Part shown: in pieces, positions 60,343-64,000 of the stretch
Numbering within the stretch: the stretch's first letter is position 1
Layout: each line of letters begins with the position of its first letter
Assembly (NCBI RefSeq): GCF_027484945.1
Contig: NZ_JAIXRZ010000003.1
Span: 8,988 to 72,987 of the forward strand
From: Flavobacterium sp.
Lineage (GTDB): Bacteria > Bacteroidota > Bacteroidia > Flavobacteriales > Flavobacteriaceae
Reading direction: 5' to 3'
DNA: 64,000 nucleotides
Translations under genes and position numbers: made by a program
Notes under the pieces: model-generated
Seen by the model: only the letters and a program-made list of their open reading frames with translations
What the model was told of the DNA's origin: nothing
Databases searched by the model: none

Positions 60343-60482
60343 TTTTAAATTATAAATTATGAATTTTATGTTCTTAATTCCATAATCTATTCTCTATATT
60401 CTATTCTCTATATTCTATATTCTATTTTCTATTTTCTATCCTCTACCCTCTTTCCTCTACCCTCTTTCCTCTACCCCCTAAC
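60343..60482. repeat. Continuous 7-nt-register array of about 20 units filling a convergent intergenic gap
   Basis: TTTTAAA TTATAAA TTATGAA ... CTCTATA TTCTATT ... CTCTACC CTCTTTC CTCTACC CTCTTTC CTCTACC CCCTAAC. Confidence 0.9.
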
Positions 60483-60490
60483 CCTGTAAA

Positions 60491-62881
60491 TTACATCCTT
60501 TTTGGTTTCAAAACCAATAATGTGGCCGTTTCTTCAATTTCTTTACGGTTTAACTTCATTTTTCGGAAGCGCCCTTTGACATAAAGTTCGGCTTGGTCGT
60601 TATAATGTTGACTCGATAATACACCCGATTGACCTGTTGGGAGGATACTCACACTATTTTCTACATCGGAGAAATCGATAATTCGACGTGTGGAGGGTCC
60701 GCCCCCTACTTTATAATTGCCTGTATCGGCCAAATAAAACATCAAATTATTAATCACTTCATTACTGCCTGGAACTTCAAATGGGCCAACATTGAAAAAA
60801 GGGCGTAACATGGATAGCCTACCTAGCGGATGTTGGTGTTCCACGGTGTGTACTTTTCCCCAACGCCATTGCAAATAATCGGGCCCTAATTGTTTTTCCA
60901 AGGCCTGTATAGCTTCATGAAAAGAGCGCTCCATTATTTGATTACGGGTTTCGGTAATGCCTTTGGTTTTTACATTATCCCACCAAGGTGACTTTGGATT
61001 CATGCTTTGTCCGGCGATCATTTGTTTTAACATGTGGGTTCCTAAAAACAATGAAAACCGTTCTTCACCCAATTCGTCTTGAAAGGTATTTTTTAAGTAA
61101 CAATACAACCATTTATTGTAAATCGTGGGGGCAATATCGTAAACGGCATGCGAACCTTCCCATTGTTGTAAGGTTTCCATCGCACTTTTTTCTGTCGCGG
61201 TTAATTTCTCTTTGGAAACCGATTGCATCCAATTTTTCACCAAGTTGGGATAAATTAACGAGGTATGGTCATTTATCATACGTTCAACATCGGTGCGCTC
61301 CCAGTTGTTTTTGGTTGCCAAAAGCGACTGTATGCGTTTGGCGCGGTCTTGGGGTAAATAATAACCTGGATACAAATAGTCGTCGATGGGTTCGGGCTGA
61401 TTATTGGCGGAGTAGACATAGTGCCAATCGGGATTTATTGCCCGGGGATTGCTTTCAAAAGGTAAAAAGGTCCGTTGATCGTCTTTCCCATTGGCACCGT
61501 TTAAAATAAAGTTAGGATTCACTCCAGCGGGCATTCGGTACAATTTGCCCGAAGTAATCCATCCGATATTGTTTTTGGCATCACCATACATCACATTCAA
61601 ACCCGGCGCGTGAACGAGTCCGACCTTTTGGTAAAAATCATCCAAGCCTTGAGCATGACTCAACCCATAGACCGCCTCCAAAATATGATTGGGGTGCTGG
61701 GTATAAATCCACGACATCGCGACTGGATTTTTGGTATGCAACCCTTTTAATAATCCATTCATTATGGGTCCGTGTTGAGTCGATTTAAGGGTTAGATGCA
61801 CATCGGAAGTATCTTTTACCTTGATGGTTTTCGTTCGAATCGAATAGTGGGCATATCCGGTTGCCGTTTTGTATTGCTTGGCGTTTTGCGGATGATTTTC
61901 TTCTTGGAACAAATCCAAGTCATCGTTTTCAAACATGGTCAGCCCATACGCATAATTGCGGTTGTGGCCCAATAAAGGAAAAGGCGTACCGGCCAAATAG
62001 TAGCCATACATTTCATAGCCTGGACACGAAATATGCGCTTCATACCAAGTCCCCGGTTGGGAAAACATAATGTGGGGATCATTGGCAAATATGACTTTTT
62101 GGTTCTTGGTTTTTTCGACACCAATCACCCAACTGTTACTTCCGATAAAAGGCGGAACTGGGGATTGTTCTAGGAGTGCGGTAACCGCCTTTGAAATTTG
62201 GGCATAATCTTTTGATTTACCGTTATAGGATTGCAAACGGGTTTTGGCTAATGCACCATCGAGGCCAAAATCGCTCAAGTAGTTCATCCCCCACGCATCG
62301 CGAATATCGGTCAATAACGGATCGGTTTTTTGGGCCATCGCAAAGCTGAAAGACATGTACCCGAAAATATTGTACATGTCTTTGAGGGTAAAGGGTTCTT
62401 TGTTTACCCCAACCAAATCAAACTCGATCGGTGTTTTCCCTTCGTCAATATATTGATTGACCCCATCGAGATAGGCTTGTGCGAGTTGATAGGCTTTTGA
62501 CTTTTTGTCTAAAACCGCGGCAGCGGCAGCCGAATTTTCATCAATCCCTAAACCCGCAAAAAAGCGATCATTTTCTAAGGCTTTTGAACCAAACAACTCC
62601 GACAACCGTCCCGGCGCAATACGGCGCATCAATTCCATTTGCCACAACCGATCTTGTGCATGAACATAGCCCAGCGCACGCATTGCATCGACTTGATGTT
62701 GGGCATAAATATGGGGTACACCATAGTCATCAAAATAGACTTGTGTTTCTTGTGTTAAACCCGCTACTTCTGCTGTTCCCTCATACTGGGGCGCTTTGTA
62801 AACGTAATACCCAAAAATCCCGAGAACCAAAAGCGCGATGAGGGCTACAAATCCAAGTGCAATTTTTTTAAATAATTTCAT
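60491..62881 (-). CDS. Penicillin acylase family Ntn-hydrolase (membrane-anchored)
   Basis: D.YGVPHIYA, QDRLWQM, GSNSW nucleophile, NDPH, SANN. Confidence 0.9.
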   Translation of the reverse strand: MKLFKKIALGFVALIALLVLGIFGYYVYKAPQYEGTAEVAGLTQETQVYFDDYGVPHIYAQHQVDAMRALGYVHAQDRLWQMELMRRIAPGRLSELFGSKALENDRFFAGLGIDENSAAAAAVLDKKSKAYQLAQAYLDGVNQYIDEGKTPIEFDLVGVNKEPFTLKDMYNIFGYMSFSFAMAQKTDPLLTDIRDAWGMNYLSDFGLDGALAKTRLQSYNGKSKDYAQISKAVTALLEQSPVPPFIGSNSWVIGVEKTKNQKVIFANDPHIMFSQPGTWYEAHISCPGYEMYGYYLAGTPFPLLGHNRNYAYGLTMFENDDLDLFQEENHPQNAKQYKTATGYAHYSIRTKTIKVKDTSDVHLTLKSTQHGPIMNGLLKGLHTKNPVAMSWIYTQHPNHILEAVYGLSHAQGLDDFYQKVGLVHAPGLNVMYGDAKNNIGWITSGKLYRMPAGVNPNFILNGANGKDDQRTFLPFESNPRAINPDWHYVYSANNQPEPIDDYLYPGYYLPQDRAKRIQSLLATKNNWERTDVERMINDHTSLIYPNLVKNWMQSVSKEKLTATEKSAMETLQQWEGSHAVYDIAPTIYNKWLYCYLKNTFQDELGEERFSLFLGTHMLKQMIAGQSMNPKSPWWDNVKTKGITETRNQIMERSFHEAIQALEKQLGPDYLQWRWGKVHTVEHQHPLGRLSMLRPFFNVGPFEVPGSNEVINNLMFYLADTGNYKVGGGPSTRRIIDFSDVENSVSILPTGQSGVLSSQHYNDQAELYVKGRFRKMKLNRKEIEETATLLVLKPKRM

Positions 62882-62945
62882 ACGAGCGAACGGTTTACAG
62901 GAATTCGATTAGCCAAAAGGCTTTGGGTTAAGGGTTTTCGTTGCC

Positions 62946-64000
62946 TTATTTTTTTAGGGTAATTATTCCTTGTTTTAGAATTTGTCCAAAGTTGTACATA
63001 TCTTCAAACGAGCAATAAAAAGGGGCCGGTGCTAAACGAATTACATTGGGTTCACGCCAGTCGGTGATGACCCCATTTTGCATCAAATAATCAAACAAAT
63101 TGCGACCTTGACCGTGTAAGTAAACCGAAAGTTGACATGCGCGTTCCTCTTGATTTTTTGGAGTAATCACTTCAAAATCGGCTCCTTCTAACTGGCTATC
63201 GATATCATGCAATACAAATTCAAGGTAAGCTGTTAGTTGGTTTCGCTTTTCAATTAAACGGTCCATACCCACTTCGTTGAAGAGTTCGACCGAGGCCAAA
63301 TACGGTGCTAACGACAATATGGGCAAATTACTCACTTGCCAACCGTTGGCGCCTTGTACAGGGTCAAAATCGGGTTCCATTTTAAAACGGCGTTCTTTAT
63401 TATGTCCCCACCAACCGGCAAAACGCGGGAGATTGCTGTGGTGGTGTTTTTCATGAATAAAACAACCCGAGGCATTTCCAGGTCCGGAGTTCATGTATTT
63501 ATAACTGCACCATGCCGCAAAATCGACGTTCCAGTCGTGTAAATTTAATTGAATATTGCCAGCAGCGTGCGCCAAATCAAAGCCCACATAGGCTCCTACG
63601 GCATGACCCGCTTCGGTGATGGCTTTCATATCAAACACTTGTCCGGTATAGTAATTAACGCCACCCCAAAGCACTAAGGCCAACTCCTCGCCTACTTCGT
63701 TGATTTTGGCAATTATGTCTTCGTGGCGAATGTTGTGTTCACCTTCGCGACGTTTGACTTCAACTAGGGCGTCTTTGGGATCAAAACCATGCATGCGCAC
63801 CTGCGATTGGAACATATATTGATCAGAGGGAAAGGCTTTTTCTTCGCAAATAATTTTATACCGTTTGCCTTCAGGGCGGTAAAACGAGACCATCAGCAGG
63901 TGAAGATTTACCGTTAGGGTATTCATTACGGTTACTTCAGAGGGTAAGGCTCCAACAATTTTACCGAGAGGCTCAGCAAAACGTTCGTGGTAATCCCACC
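62946..64000 (-). CDS. kynU: Kynureninase, 5'-truncated by window edge
   Basis: Frame open to edge (WDYHE...EVTVMNTLTVNLH); FPSD.Y, DLAHAAGN, CSYKYMNSGP, DWREP. Confidence 0.94.
   Translation of the reverse strand, partial: WDYHERFAEPLGKIVGALPSEVTVMNTLTVNLHLLMVSFYRPEGKRYKIICEEKAFPSDQYMFQSQVRMHGFDPKDALVEVKRREGEHNIRHEDIIAKINEVGEELALVLWGGVNYYTGQVFDMKAITEAGHAVGAYVGFDLAHAAGNIQLNLHDWNVDFAAWCSYKYMNSGPGNASGCFIHEKHHHSNLPRFAGWWGHNKERRFKMEPDFDPVQGANGWQVSNLPILSLAPYLASVELFNEVGMDRLIEKRNQLTAYLEFVLHDIDSQLEGADFEVITPKNQEERACQLSVYLHGQGRNLFDYLMQNGVITDWREPNVIRLAPAPFYCSFEDMYNFGQILKQGIITLKK

Noticed and set aside
60988-61509. 173-aa + strand ORF and other short antisense or overlapping ORFs in the track
   Set aside because: Shadow ORFs opposite or within well-supported genes, with no recognisable motifs.
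62918-62938. Additional heptamer array after kynU (AGGCTTT GGGTTAA GGGTTTT)
   Set aside because: Only three poorly matching units; could be chance, so not listed as a feature.

Overview
AT-rich, gene-dense chromosomal segment of a Bacteroidota bacterium, most likely Flavobacterium or a close Flavobacteriaceae relative. This assignment rests on TAnnTTTG promoter elements, no obvious Shine-Dalgarno sites, T9SS C-terminal domains and gene content. It holds about 64 CDSs, mostly housekeeping (rlmB, rarA, radC, mpl-like, obgE, adk, hpt, purK/purE, gcvP, fabH-like, mlaE/F, manC, anmK, nhaA, miaE, exbB-exbD-exbD-tonB, kmo, kynU). It also has one tRNA-Val(GAC), an arsR-arsC-acr3 operon and a light/DNA-repair operon (flavin reductase, a 47-aa DUF2256-type ORF missed by the ORF track, Cry-DASH, FeS-type photolyase) behind a perfect 12-bp inverted repeat. 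No transposase, integrase, prophage, CRISPR array or rRNA was seen. The most unusual signals are: (1) a family of 7-nt-period degenerate tandem arrays at gene 3' ends, some overlapping stop codons and drifting in sequence unit by unit; (2) a translationally coupled, uncharacterised DoxX-DinB-NRDE/TANGO2-ATP-grasp operon that looks like a peptide/thiol ligase-hydrolase module; (3) several candidate structured RNAs, including a terminator-like leader 12 nt before a CorC-family gene and a Flavo-1-like hairpin. All calls are from motif recognition only; no searches were run.
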